The notes beneath the pieces were generated by a model that saw only the letters and a list, made by a program, of their open reading frames with translations, was not told the DNA's origin and ran no database searches. A stretch of DNA of 64,000 bases from NCBI GenBank assembly GCA_020184695.1, contig JAANOX010000128.1:62001-126000 (forward strand). The letters are read 5' to 3'. The translations under genes were made by a program, and so were the position numbers. The stretch comes from Histomonas meleagridis 2922-C6/04-290x. Lineage: Eukaryota; Protista; Parabasalia. Shown here piece by piece: positions 43,901 to 53,010 of the stretch; position 1 is the stretch's first letter, and the number at the start of each line of letters is the position of its first letter.

Positions 43901-44555
43901 TTTCGTTGATGGAAGAATACTTTAAACATGTTTGAAGCGCTTTGGAAACTGCTTTGATAACTTCTGGTACTGTGGATTGGAATCCTTTCTTGAAGGCTGT
44001 GAGTATAGTGGCTTCTGGGAGTAATGAATTGACTAAAGATGAAAAATTCTTATAAAGAATGGAAATAATGATAAAAGTGGAGATATCTGATAAGGTGGCT
44101 TCGGATGAATCTTGCTTACTACTAAACGATAAGACAATCCCACGAAGTGAATTTAAATTTTGTTCAACGGTTTTGGGAACAGTATGATATAACCAAACTA
44201 ATACATCTTCTAAATATTCCCAGTAAACAGGATCTGGGTTTGATGGAATACTAGCAAAAGAATGGGCCATTTTGTTGGCTTTTTGAACTTTATCACCAAG
44301 ATCTATTTTGGAAATTGATTTTAATAAAATCACGTTGGTTAATGGATTTGGAACACGCGTTATCTGGTTAAGAAGATCAGTAAGAGTATCTTGTACAACG
44401 TTTTGTTCTTTTTGAATCAAATATTGTTGTTCAACAAAAATTTCAAAATTGTAAATGGCAGTTGAAAACTCTGATGTATTAATTCGATCAAGTTGGTTCC
44501 CAACTTGGTTTATGTAATACCAGAACATATTGATTAGGTTTTCGTTGTCTTCCAT
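37947..44555 (-). CDS. TOR: Target of rapamycin (TOR) PIKK kinase
   Basis: HEAT/FAT regions, FRB (WWEMWHSTLDEAS..QAW), SKQRPRR, FLLKANEDTRLDERVMQFF, GLGDRHLSN, HIDFGDCF, VPFRLTR, FATC ending GWFPWW. Likely ATG at 44555. Confidence 0.97.
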   Translation of the reverse strand: MEDNENLINMFWYYINQVGNQLDRINTSEFSTAIYNFEIFVEQQYLIQKEQNVVQDTLTDLLNQITRVPNPLTNVILLKSISKIDLGDKVQKANKMAHSFASIPSNPDPVYWEYLEDVLVWLYHTVPKTVEQNLNSLRGIVLSFSSKQDSSEATLSDISTFIIISILYKNFSSLVNSLLPEATILTAFKKGFQSTVPEVIKAVSKALQTCLKYSSINEKVCTFPLRKLCEILMENATSNKPEYIDGACEAIKLIIDFNPKMVKYLNFKTVPVHLLQAREVPARLAGFKLITLCYICTPTIFNNEIHKSIFKAYEPLIKKKTQNRNEALMGFGSYLFARKGQFDDEEKRLMIKCFKSVEELMDTEQAAYCAVALSTVKSDDSILQSLQAVYSLPLSLTIIEALYTICQIVPSVKEPIQHKVISMANVILLDVENSSTSIINAFKCLNRMEIPFSNFSVELILQYSLHMTNKDLETRKIASDFVLNYQSQIPTIDIVHRVLSVIATELNDKHRIYLMKHLNKHPTDRTILPSLQSLLHDLSPEIRLASLDYIAGFTHFQEASDLLKEFLTEKVHDLENSKIIYKEHILCFLKVSSAAFSDPNAIYAPYAIKLLEPFAQFLITHLLSSNQPLSNSSLKLLAQILPLAPHVADVDSLASQINSCLIVHSSPKRISVARDLLKSALDYTDLKFSIYKEHTNLIIKLIDLANAQTSETNQTKIILLKLLSSIGPISPSKISNFQDKTQNTDETNTTISPNIYLSQYTASNSVEALTMASIGVAALKILDILSEESLSALHSNAMEALLNIIRAYRLTITEELEAHIMKRITHIMTSGGASTTSVLIKNMSTFITILGEKFIPLVPHVVDLICHNWATYDQSLLTRISNWLMLYLPDAYIPHLPQITSVFVKNIDHDDVKTVGAILLSVYSFGTAVKTVDHILYPPLLNWIIFHANENIEDILATLKDILINGGAQKFSSQVLKTMIQIVEINPNLQLKALDIIFVVGVHIGNQFLLYVPHLTSTFNFNQKAYLNAYVLCLENGDVPPKMMTAPCYPEEKPKTPSIDRTNKQIKSVASTTEVPTLTFPMPQKDFDEGQWIKWCNELFSMMVKSSSSRAISVCESIIEKYSGLADALYPIAFTLFYFQYKIAGNNTLDILLQKFFKRNHVPRLVMRHFLASIELIEVLGAKIPIVLKILSEKAQTAECIAQSLRYSELLFEECDNSLTERLIIINQQLGLPLAANGILRVVYQRGFTTTQAVLAEKLGLWEDALQQYNKEIESDPNNKLLYQGKLNCIRALSKYSELKKVASEGNWPLYLASSEWRLFEKDQFLLTVSKLNDNNTIDGLYYKSLYHTIKNEFKLAKELISEIRTQYIDKIFPLIAEDYERVYKDFAFICYLIEIEEVIKYMKLKNKIKNALSSNERITAEKQISRILTTWEYRFEQLPKDSTIMHEIICIRSLVLTPNELKTQWLQFIDTSIKDNKLEIVKHSLKYIEDSFHNDPEINIIKCKYYWAKGKKELAIKELPKTLPICQSLLGKWNMESNHLNESRNNFKIAIDNSKATPEEWSLWSSVNLKLYEETKDNSYLLDSLEGLLVGISLYPSDPLSFTLKILSILFRKGNKELYALFQKYYTSLPISVWIEVLPQIIARSDSNDSDLRELIKDLIYYVGTQQPHVVLYSLMVPLKVESARQKVAIYIFDLLRNDYPSIVEQMLTLANELIRIAVSWWEMWHSTLDEASRAYIMRKDNDEMINLLLPLHKIISKKPETLYELMFIRQFGQSLTLAEKWIKKYQETKEDECLYQAWQLYINVFHQLKPIINELTSILLIDASPSLCSLNNSELIIPGSFKFHHSLINLFKFEPTLTVMKSKQRPRRMAIYGNDGIKYVFLLKANEDTRLDERVMQFFALVNTLISHSSIPLKDKLTITTYKVIPITGQVGLIGWVPECNTIYDLVKQYREKHNVPLEIEHQTTLKVCPNFESLPLCPNKVASFRKGLSAQSGNDLKHIILSNSNDSNHWIERRTFYATSLAMTSMAGYILGLGDRHLSNIMFKKNTAKLVHIDFGDCFEVAMHREKFPEVVPFRLTRILQNALEVSKIEGTFRSCCQNVMSLFRENGNQFLGLLEVFIYDPLRQWINVKDDKLTSDEFAAQESSSAIDIMKRIEDKLTGRDIIKDEVLTVNEQVDKLITQATSLNNLCVMYRGWFPWW

Positions 44556-45572
44556 TTTTTGAATAACCGTTTTTCTGATTGTAATTGAGCGGTTATGACA
44601 ACGAGAAATTGAAAAATAATGGAAGTGAAGTGCTCTCATCAGAGCTTTTATCAACTAAAATTACTCAAATATAATATAAAATCCTATTCTCTTCAATACA
44701 TTGGAACAACAAATTCGAAATCATTTGTTATTTTAAAAAACTACTATTTTTTTTTAATCAAATGTTATTAATTAGTTTATTATATAATATGTAAATAAAA
44801 AATATTTCATCTGATTCATGGATAATAATTTATTTTATAATAATTTATACGTTAAGCGATACCTTTTACTCAAGTGTAGGGATTGTTCACTGACTTTTTG
44901 CTATGAAATAACTAATTTACTTTGTTTTAATCATAATTTGAATGTGTATCAATGGAATCGATTTATTTATCATATAATTATTTATCAACCAACAACAGGT
45001 AGATAATTTTAAATTATTTTTATTCGAAGAAAATTGTTATCATAATACCAACAAAAATCATCATGAATGGAATAAAAAAATAAAGCATGTGCTTCATCAT
45101 ATTACTCAAAATTACTTTATAAAATAAAAAATATTCAAAACATTAAATTTATATGTATGAACAATTAAATATTAATATCAAATTTATAGAACTTAATTAA
45201 ATTATAATATGAAATATCACATTTTCATTAAAGGAACATTAAGTAATTTGTGACGTTAATTCACAAAAACTAATAATAAAAATATAAAGAAAATAACTTT
45301 TCTTAAAAAATGTAAATATGATTAAATTTTTACAGGCCACAGTTAATAAGCAAGACAAAGAATAACTATAACATTTTAAAATAGTTTATATGTTATTATT
45401 TCGATTAAAAAAAGAACCAGCTCAAGATTTACCTTAAAAAGTGAAACAAAATTGTTAAAAATATTAATTGAAAAAGTTCGCCTTTTATCGGCAATAGAAT
45501 TTTCTGTCGAAAGCGCTATTTCAGAGAAAATGGATATATAAACATTGAATTCCCTAAATTCGGTTCGATATT

Positions 45573-46811
45573 ATGTCCAAGACCATCGGAGAATATCGTG
45601 TAATTAAAATCCTTGGTGAAGGCTCATTTTCAAAAGTTAAACAAGTTGTTCATATACCAACAAATAAAGAATATGCGTTGAAGATAATTGATCAAAATTT
45701 GATCAAACAAAATCATATGGAAAAACAGTTGAAAAGAGAAATTGAAGTTATGTCAAAAATGGATCACCCAGGTCTTATTAAACTTCATGCAGTTATGCAT
45801 TCTTCAAAAAATGTTTATTTTGTTCTTGATTTAGCAGAAGGCGGTGAACTCTTCAATAAACTTGCTCAAGATGGTCCACTACCAGAAGATGTTGCACGTT
45901 CATATTTCCAGCAACTTATTGATGCTCTAGATTATATGCATGAACATAAAGCAATTCATCGTGATCTTAAACCAGAAAATCTTTTACTTGATAGCCAAGG
46001 GAGACTGAAGATTGCCGATTTTGGTCTCTCTGTTTTTTCCAAAAATGATGAACAAATGCTTCAAACTCGTTGTGGCACTCCCAATTATGTAGCACCAGAA
46101 GTTTTCTCATCCGATGGATATGATGGCCGCCCAGTTGATATTTGGAGTGCAGGTGTCATCTTATATGTTATGCTTGCCGCAGCTCTCCCATTCGATGCGC
46201 CAACACTTCCAGAACTTGCACGAGACATTATGGATGTCAAAATCACTTATCCAGACAACTTTCCACCCGGCGCAGTTGATTTGATGAAACATATAATCGT
46301 CGCCAATCCGAAATCTCGTTACACTATCAAACAAATTAGGAAGCATCCGTGGTTTAAAGTCAATTACAAATGCATTAAAGGCAAAGTTAACAAGAAAGTT
46401 TGTGTTGATTCAGAAGTTACAGAAAAGAAAGAAGCTAAAGAGCCAGAACCACCCGACAGCGAAATTAATGCATTTGAACTCATTGCTAAAATGTCAGCGG
46501 TGAGAATGGATCGACTTGTAAATGACTCAGTTCCTGTTAATGCATCAACATCATTCTCGACAACATTTTCTGTGAAAGAAGTAAAAGATGCAATAACAGA
46601 AACATTGACAGGTATAAACGCTCAAATAATGCAATCTAAGGACAACAAAAATGTGATAAAGGCATATGTACAAATTGGAAAAAGTTACGTACATTTAAGA
46701 GTCGAAATCATTGAAGTGCATGGAACAAACTTGGTCGAGTTTAATAGATTGAAAGGAAGCAACTTCGATTTCTTGAGGATTTATAGAATGATTAAGCAAA
46801 GACTTACATAA
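45573..46811 (+). CDS. SNF1-related CIPK-type kinase with a NAF/FISL motif
   Basis: GEGSFSKV, HRDLKPENLL, DFG, CGTPNYVAPE, and the C-terminal INAFELIA motif followed by a KA1/PPI-like domain. Confidence 0.92.
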   Translation: MSKTIGEYRVIKILGEGSFSKVKQVVHIPTNKEYALKIIDQNLIKQNHMEKQLKREIEVMSKMDHPGLIKLHAVMHSSKNVYFVLDLAEGGELFNKLAQDGPLPEDVARSYFQQLIDALDYMHEHKAIHRDLKPENLLLDSQGRLKIADFGLSVFSKNDEQMLQTRCGTPNYVAPEVFSSDGYDGRPVDIWSAGVILYVMLAAALPFDAPTLPELARDIMDVKITYPDNFPPGAVDLMKHIIVANPKSRYTIKQIRKHPWFKVNYKCIKGKVNKKVCVDSEVTEKKEAKEPEPPDSEINAFELIAKMSAVRMDRLVNDSVPVNASTSFSTTFSVKEVKDAITETLTGINAQIMQSKDNKNVIKAYVQIGKSYVHLRVEIIEVHGTNLVEFNRLKGSNFDFLRIYRMIKQRLT

Positions 46812-47393
46812 AATGGTATTTGTGGATTCATAAATTATTTAAATTTCTTTATTTTGAAGATAATAATTGAACATCTGATGGATAACATAAATTTTTCTTT
46901 AAATTTCTTGTTTCTTTTTGACATGATGTAAATTTCTGAAAATTTTGTTTTGACAATGTGTGTTCGACCATGTCTGTCAGACGCCTTTTGGGTGTCTCTG
47001 CGAAATGATGATAACTTTCGACTGATTTCATGATTTAAAGTCATAGTTACTCTGATCGCACCCATTGTTTTGTTTGTTATAATAAATGTTATTTAGTTCA
47101 TTGGAATCGGAATCAATTTTTTCCAAATTCCAAGTGAATTATATTTACCGAATAAGAAATGAGTTTTTTCTTTCAAACGTGCTAGTAAGGACAAAGTAGA
47201 TTATGATTACAATTTTTTTAAAATGATTTATTGATATAAATAAATCATTTAAAAAATAACTATCATTGTTTATTTTGGCAAAACGAAAAAGGAAAATAGT
47301 TAAAAAGCGTATTGCTAATTGATAGAGTTTAATATCTATAAAAAAAAAACTTTATGAACATTACAAGAATCAAAAAAAAATTTATTAAAAAAA

Positions 47394-47465
47394 CTCGCTG
47401 ACCGGGAATCGAACCCGGATCACAGGAACGACAATCCTACATGATAACCATTACACTATCAGCGA
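47394..47465 (-). tRNA. tRNA-Asp (GTC)
   Basis: TCGCTGA/TCAGCGA acceptor stem, D-arm GTGTAATGGTTATCAT, anticodon stem TAGGA-TTGTCGT-TCCTG, GGTTCGATTCC T-arm, G discriminator, followed by an oligo-T Pol III terminator. Confidence 0.95.
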
Positions 47466-47572
47466 TTCTGTTTTATCACCTCAAATATAATTAATATGTG
47501 ATACATTTTTTATCAGGTAAGAAACCTCACAAAAATTGTCTACATTTCCGTTCAAATCTATTGGCCAAGCAA

Positions 47573-48778
47573 ATGGCTCAAGAACAAATTGCTGTAAATA
47601 TAGAATCATTATATCCATCGGCTGAAGCCTTAGGTGCTAAGCCCTTCACTGAAGATATTTCAAAAGCTTTCACCGAAGCAACAGGAAAACAACTTCCTTT
47701 ATTTATTCGCAGAGGAATTTTTAATGCACAAATTGATTTTGATGATGCAATTAAAAGGAAAAAAGAAGGAAAGCCATTCTATCTTTTCCTTTCGATTACA
47801 CCAACAGAAAGATTATTTAATCTTCGTCATATTGTAATGTTCCAATTAGCAAAAGAGCTTCAAGAAGCATTTGATTGTCAACTTGTTATTCATGTTCTTG
47901 ATACCAAAGCAATGCTTCGTGATCCAACTATTAAGTGGACAACAATTGTTCAACATACAAAGGAAACCATAAAAGACATTTTGTCGTTCGGGTTTAACGA
48001 GGAAAAAACTGTTTTGGTTAAAAACTCTGAAGCCTTAAGTTTGAATTATGTATATCTTTGTGATCTACAAAGGAAAGCAAAACTTGGCGACTTTAACAAA
48101 TGTTTCATTGCCAACGATGGAGTTAGTATTGCTCTTCTCGACACCATTTTCCAAAATGCATGCTTTGCAATTCCAAAATACATTGAAAAAATCATTCCAA
48201 ATCACCAAGAAAGCCGCTGTTTAATGCTTCTTAGAGGGTCACAAAAGAACCTTTTCGACTTCATTCCAACATTAGAAGGAAACTTCCATCCGATGGCGGT
48301 TTTCGGCGGTTTTGTTCCTGCTTTGCAAAGCGGCCAAAAGATGCCCTCTCTTGCTGCGTTTGCGCTTGGCCAAACCAGTGGTTCTAAAGGCGGAAAGCCT
48401 AAGAATATCATGCGTGAGTATATGACAATATATCTCAAAGATACACTCAAACAAATCACCACGAAACTTAATAAATCTGCATTCAGTGGCGGCAAAGACA
48501 CTATTGAAGAGCAGAGGGAGAAAGGAGCCAACTTAGATGTTGACGTCTCATTTTATTATTTGAGAATATTCGAGAAAGATGATGACGTCTTCGAAAACAT
48601 CAGAAGAACTTATGGACCGGGAGAACTTACAGAAGGAAACGACAAGCGAATGCTGACGGGACACCTCAAGAAGAAATGTGGAGAAGTTATTACGTCTGTT
48701 ATTAAGGACCTTCAAAATAGCAGAGCAAAAGTTACCGACGAAATGATCGCAAAGGCAACAGCAATCCGCTCTATTTAA
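47573..48778 (+). CDS. Tryptophanyl-tRNA synthetase-like protein with degenerate catalytic motifs
   Basis: FIRRGIF, KPFYL, VPALQ, IYLKDT.KQI..K.NK.AFSGGKDTIEEQREKGANLDVDVSF.YL and MLTG.LKK all match eukaryotic TrpRS. HIGH reads NLRH; KMSAS reads KMPSL. Confidence 0.88.
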   Translation: MAQEQIAVNIESLYPSAEALGAKPFTEDISKAFTEATGKQLPLFIRRGIFNAQIDFDDAIKRKKEGKPFYLFLSITPTERLFNLRHIVMFQLAKELQEAFDCQLVIHVLDTKAMLRDPTIKWTTIVQHTKETIKDILSFGFNEEKTVLVKNSEALSLNYVYLCDLQRKAKLGDFNKCFIANDGVSIALLDTIFQNACFAIPKYIEKIIPNHQESRCLMLLRGSQKNLFDFIPTLEGNFHPMAVFGGFVPALQSGQKMPSLAAFALGQTSGSKGGKPKNIMREYMTIYLKDTLKQITTKLNKSAFSGGKDTIEEQREKGANLDVDVSFYYLRIFEKDDDVFENIRRTYGPGELTEGNDKRMLTGHLKKKCGEVITSVIKDLQNSRAKVTDEMIAKATAIRSI

Positions 48779-49034
48779 ATAAAGGCAATTAAAGATTTAA
48801 ATGTTTTTGATGTTACTTCGCGTGATTGTTCATTCGTTTTGTGCAAGTAATAAAATTATTCAAAATGAACTGGTGTTTTGAAAATCATCATGTAGAACTG
48901 TTGATCACTTGAAAGTGCTTTTTCAATACTTTGTGAGTCTTCTCAAAAGTGAATGACATTTGTCAAAAAGTCAATTGACCACATAAAACAGCCAAATTTG
49001 GAGGGAAAAAATCAACAAAAGATCCGACTTTCTC

Positions 49035-51299
49035 ATGATTTTTTTTATAGTAACACTTTTAACTCTCTCAACAGCAAGTAATGAAATTAGACGTGCTTTT
49101 AATTTGTGTTATTTACAAGATAAAAATGATAAATCAAAACAAATTTTTAAACCATTTTTTAATTTTACACAAGAATATGATAAAATTAATATTTTAAGCA
49201 ATCATATACAGATTTTTACTGATGACAATTTGATTGAGCAAATACTTTCATTTAGAATTTAAACATTTCAAACTAATTTTTTATTATATATAAAATTATT
49301 CGACTATTTTGACATTATAATTTCACGAATTAAAAAATTCAAACTTTTAATGATTTCTTTCATAGAAGAATTAAAACATCATCAAATTTATGAAATAAAT
49401 ATTCAATAATATTTTTGTCCTTATTATTTTATATTTTTATTGATAATTATTTTTCTTTTTCATTATGTAAGAATTTTAATTAATAGAAATAAAATTCAAA
49501 TAAACATCACGAAAAACATAATTCCATTTTTAATATCTTTTTATTTTATCCAAACATTTTCAGAATCATATGATGAAAATACGAAAACACTTACGATAAC
49601 TAAAGAAGATAATTTTGCTGAATTAAAAGAATATCAAAATTATATTGATAAAGTTATTATTGTTGAAGGAGTTACGACGATACCAAAAGAAGGATTCAGT
49701 GAATGGGAAACACTTCGTACGATTGAACTTAGTCATACAATTGAAAATATTTGTTCAAAAGCATTTTATAAATGTTCAAATTTGAAAAATATCACAATTC
49801 CAACATCAGTTACAACACTTGAGAATGAAACATTTAGCGAATGTCTTAATTTAGAAATTGTTGAAATTTATGGAAATATTGCAGAGATTGGAGATAATAC
49901 ATTTTATAATTGTCAAAATATACGAAGTATAATACTTCCGAATTCAATTACATCAGTTGGTCAATTTGCATTTAATGAATGTTCAAAATTAAAAAAATTC
50001 ACAATTTTAAAATCAGTTACAACACTTAGAGGTTCTGCATTTCAATTCTGTACTAATTTAGAAATTGTTGAAATTTATGGAAATATTCCAGAGATTGAAG
50101 GTTATACATTTTATAATTGCAATAAAATGCAAAGTATAATACTTCCGAATTCAATCACATCAATTGGTCAAAATTCATTTTACTATTGTTCAAGTTTAAA
50201 CTCTATTAATCTTGGAGATAAAATTGTGACAATTATGAATAATGCATTCCAAGGTTGTAAAAATCTCGCATGCATATATTATTCTGGAGAAAGATCACCA
50301 AGTATTGGAACAAATGCATTTTATGATATTAAAGCAGATACAGTAATGGTCACATCATCATACAGCGATAATTCATTTGGAGATCTGAAAGTTACAAATA
50401 CAATAATAGATGGATGTACCCCATTAACAACTGCAACATATTCACAATCAAATGCATTCACACAAAGTAATACATTCACTAAGTCAAATACATATTCACA
50501 ATCAAATACATATTCACAATCAAATACATATTCACGATCAAATACATATTCACGATCAAATACATATTCACAAGCAAATACATATTTACAATCAAATACA
50601 TATTCACAATCAAATACATATTCACAAACAAATACATATTCACAAACAAATACATATTCACAATCAAATATATATTCACAATCAAACACATTCACACAAA
50701 GTAATACATTCACTAAGTCAAATATATATTCTCAAAGTAATACATATTCACAATCAAATACATATACTCAAAGTAATACATTCACTAATTCAAATACATT
50801 CACACAAAGTAATACATTCACTACTTCAAATGTATTTATGATTATTGATTCAAATTGTACTTTATAATTAGTTTTCACATTATCACTTTCTCAATCATTG
50901 AGTATTATTGATATATCAATCATTAATACATTTACTATTTCATATTTTTCATCAAATATTTATTACACTCCAACGAAATTCATCAGTTATATATTTACAG
51001 TTTATCAAATATCGACATACGTCAGTTATTATTCTAATTTTATAATATATTCAGAAACACAACAAGAAATAGCGTCAGGAAGTACATCCGAAACGATTAT
51101 TATATCAGTCATATGCGCAGCCATATTCATCTTTCTTCTTATTATTGGAATTGTTATCTTTTTATTTAGTCATAAAACAAAGAAAGAAACAAATAACGAA
51201 AATGAAATCGAAGGAAACATTACTGAAGCGAATACGAATGAAATTGATGAAACATTCAAAAAGAATATTCTTGAGGAGGAAACAGATCAATGGCTATGA
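49035..51299 (+). pseudogene. BspA-like (TpLRR) surface protein interrupted by in-frame TAA codons
   Basis: TpLRR repeats (IILPNSITSVGQFAFNECSKL), an SNTYSQ stalk, a C-terminal TM segment and an acidic tail. The track ORFs 49035-49262, 49440-50867 and 50898-51299 share one frame; stops at 49260, 49407 and 50865 are all TAA. Confidence 0.75.
50440..50830 (+). repeat. 18-bp coding repeat (SNTYSQ/SNTFTQ) forming the stalk of the BspA protein
   Basis: About 20 tcaaatacatattcacaa-type units. Confidence 0.9.
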
Positions 51300-51699
51300 G
51301 ACAAAAATGATAAAATGCGAATGCTCATTACTTTACTTGCAATAAATCGAATTTTATTTTCACAATTTCTTCACTATTCGCTAATTTTATTGTTTCTTAA
51401 TAACAAAATTCATTCACTCACTGCTTATTATTAATTTGCAAATTAATAATAAATACATTAAAAATCAGTACAATTATTTTTATTGATTACGTTTTAATTT
51501 GATCGAGGATGCTCATAAAGATGTTCAGGATTTTAATAAAATTTTCGTATTCATTAATGTTTTTTTAATATGCGTTGTTTGTGTTTCGTGTAATACATCT
51601 TTCTCCATCTAATTTCAATCACATTTCCTAACGCCTACTTTTTACATGTATCATATAAAAGTCATATGAATATATTGTTGATTAACATAAATTGAATCT

Positions 51700-52330
51700 A
51701 AAAGATAAAATGGATGTATCAATGTATGTATTCAACTTGGTGAATTTGTTATATTGTGCAAAAGTGAATGTTGATGGAATACTAACTCAAATATTTGAGT
51801 AACATACAGGCTTCCAGATGTTCCGTCTTGAATGTTTTTCAATGTTATAAGTGTTGTTGTATTTACACCATCAAATGCATTTAGTATATATAATGAAATT
51901 TACCCATAATAATAAATACATTTAAGAGATGCACAATTACCAAATGCATAAGTCCTAATTTTTTCTAACATTTTATCCAAAAACAATTGTTACGAAATTA
52001 GTATGAAAATACATTCTTCATAATCGAAGACACTGAATTCGGAATTGTAGATGTTTTGCTTTTATCATTCTGATAACTTATGATTTGTGAAATATTTTTA
52101 TCATATAAAGCTTTTAACTTAGATAATTCGAATAACAACCATTCTCTGAAACATTAATTAATTGAAGATTTGTACTTCTGGTAAATGTATTTCCTTCAAT
52201 TGAATTATCAGAACTTAATAAGTAAATGCTCATAAGTTTGGAACATTATCTGAGTGCATTCAAACCAATTGCATTCTAAACCAATATCTAAAGTTAATGT
52301 TTTGATTCCAGAACATTTATAAAATGCATT
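51700..52330 (-). pseudogene. Heavily decayed second BspA-like LRR gene
   Basis: Fragments NAFYKCSGIKTLTL, LYDKNISQIISY, TIPNSVSSIMKNVFS and IRTYAFGNCASLKCIYYYG, with many stops and frameshifts. Confidence 0.7.
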
Positions 52331-52433
52331 CACAAATGAAAACTGTTTCAATCAAAACCGATCAAAAGTGCTGCTTCCTTTTTGGCTGATGAATCATCGG
52401 CGACTTTACATAACCGTCGAGGCCCCTCCCTAA

Positions 52434-52454
52434 AACGGTTTTGGTCATGCCTTT
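52434..52454 (+). promoter_or_regulatory. M3 (AACGGTT) + M5 (CCTTT) core promoter of a ribosomal protein gene
   Basis: AACGGTT at 52434-52440 and CCTTT at 52450-52454, with the ATG at 52463. This arrangement is described for T. vaginalis ribosomal protein genes. Confidence 0.7.
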
Positions 52455-52462
52455 TCTGAAAC

Positions 52463-52780
52463 ATGGCATCACCAGAACTTGCAGTTGTTTACGCAGCTCT
52501 CATCCTCAACGACGATGGAATCGAAATAACATCCGATAAGATCAACAAGCTTATATCAGCAGCTGGTGTTAAACTTGAATCATATTGGGTTGATCTTTTT
52601 GCTGAATATTTCAAGAATCATGATATTTCTGAACTTGTTAAGGGTACCGCTCTTGGTGGTGCAGCTCCAGCTGGAGGCTCCGCTGCTGCTACTACTGAAG
52701 AAAAGAAGGAAGAGGAGAAGAAGAAAGAGGAAGAAGAAGTTGTTGAAATGATGGGTGGATTTGATGACCTCTTTGATTAA
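52463..52780 (+). CDS. RPLP1: 60S acidic ribosomal protein P1
   Basis: MASPELAVVYAALILNDDGIEITSDKI..L..AAGV..E.YW..LFA, Ala/Glu hinge, and C-terminal MGGFDDLFD. Confidence 0.96.
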   Translation: MASPELAVVYAALILNDDGIEITSDKINKLISAAGVKLESYWVDLFAEYFKNHDISELVKGTALGGAAPAGGSAAATTEEKKEEEKKKEEEEVVEMMGGFDDLFD

Positions 52781-53010
52781 ATAAACAGCATAACAATATG
52801 AAAACTATATACAAATTTTTTAATCTAAATTAGAAACTTTCAATTTCACATAAAAAATCAAATAACACAAATGGATGTTGAAGATACCTCTTGGCAAGTG
52901 TATAAATTGCTTGAAAATATGATATAAATTGTAACATATAATTAATGAAATTCTTTTGACCAAAAAATCCAACCAGAAGTGTTATCTCCAAATTCTCCTC
53001 CATGTTATTT

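Noticed and set aside
37568-44654. Extended N-termini given by the ORF track for the NEK fusion (37690) and TOR (44654)
   Set aside because: The extensions look like UTR or promoter sequence. Downstream ATGs fit the domain starts, and for TOR an M3 motif lies 10 nt upstream of the ATG at 44555.
46835-47065. 76-aa minus-strand ORF between CIPK and the tRNA
   Set aside because: No recognisable motif, and it overlaps a competing 60-aa ORF; cannot be supported as a gene.
47221-47250. 12-bp perfect AT-rich hairpin downstream of the tRNA
   Set aside because: Almost all A/T, so plausible by chance; no supporting context.
50321-50841. ORFs with CEYVFD, HNQIHI and IVNMYL repeats
   Set aside because: Alternative frames and strand of the 18-bp SNTYSQ repeat inside the BspA gene.
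13552-51299. TAA reassigned to Gln (all five in-frame interruptions in the transposase and BspA are TAA)
   Set aside because: Conserved genes here (S27a, Rab, cyclin, eIF1A, RPLP1, TOR) terminate at TAA, and TAA is the expected commonest nonsense codon under AT bias.
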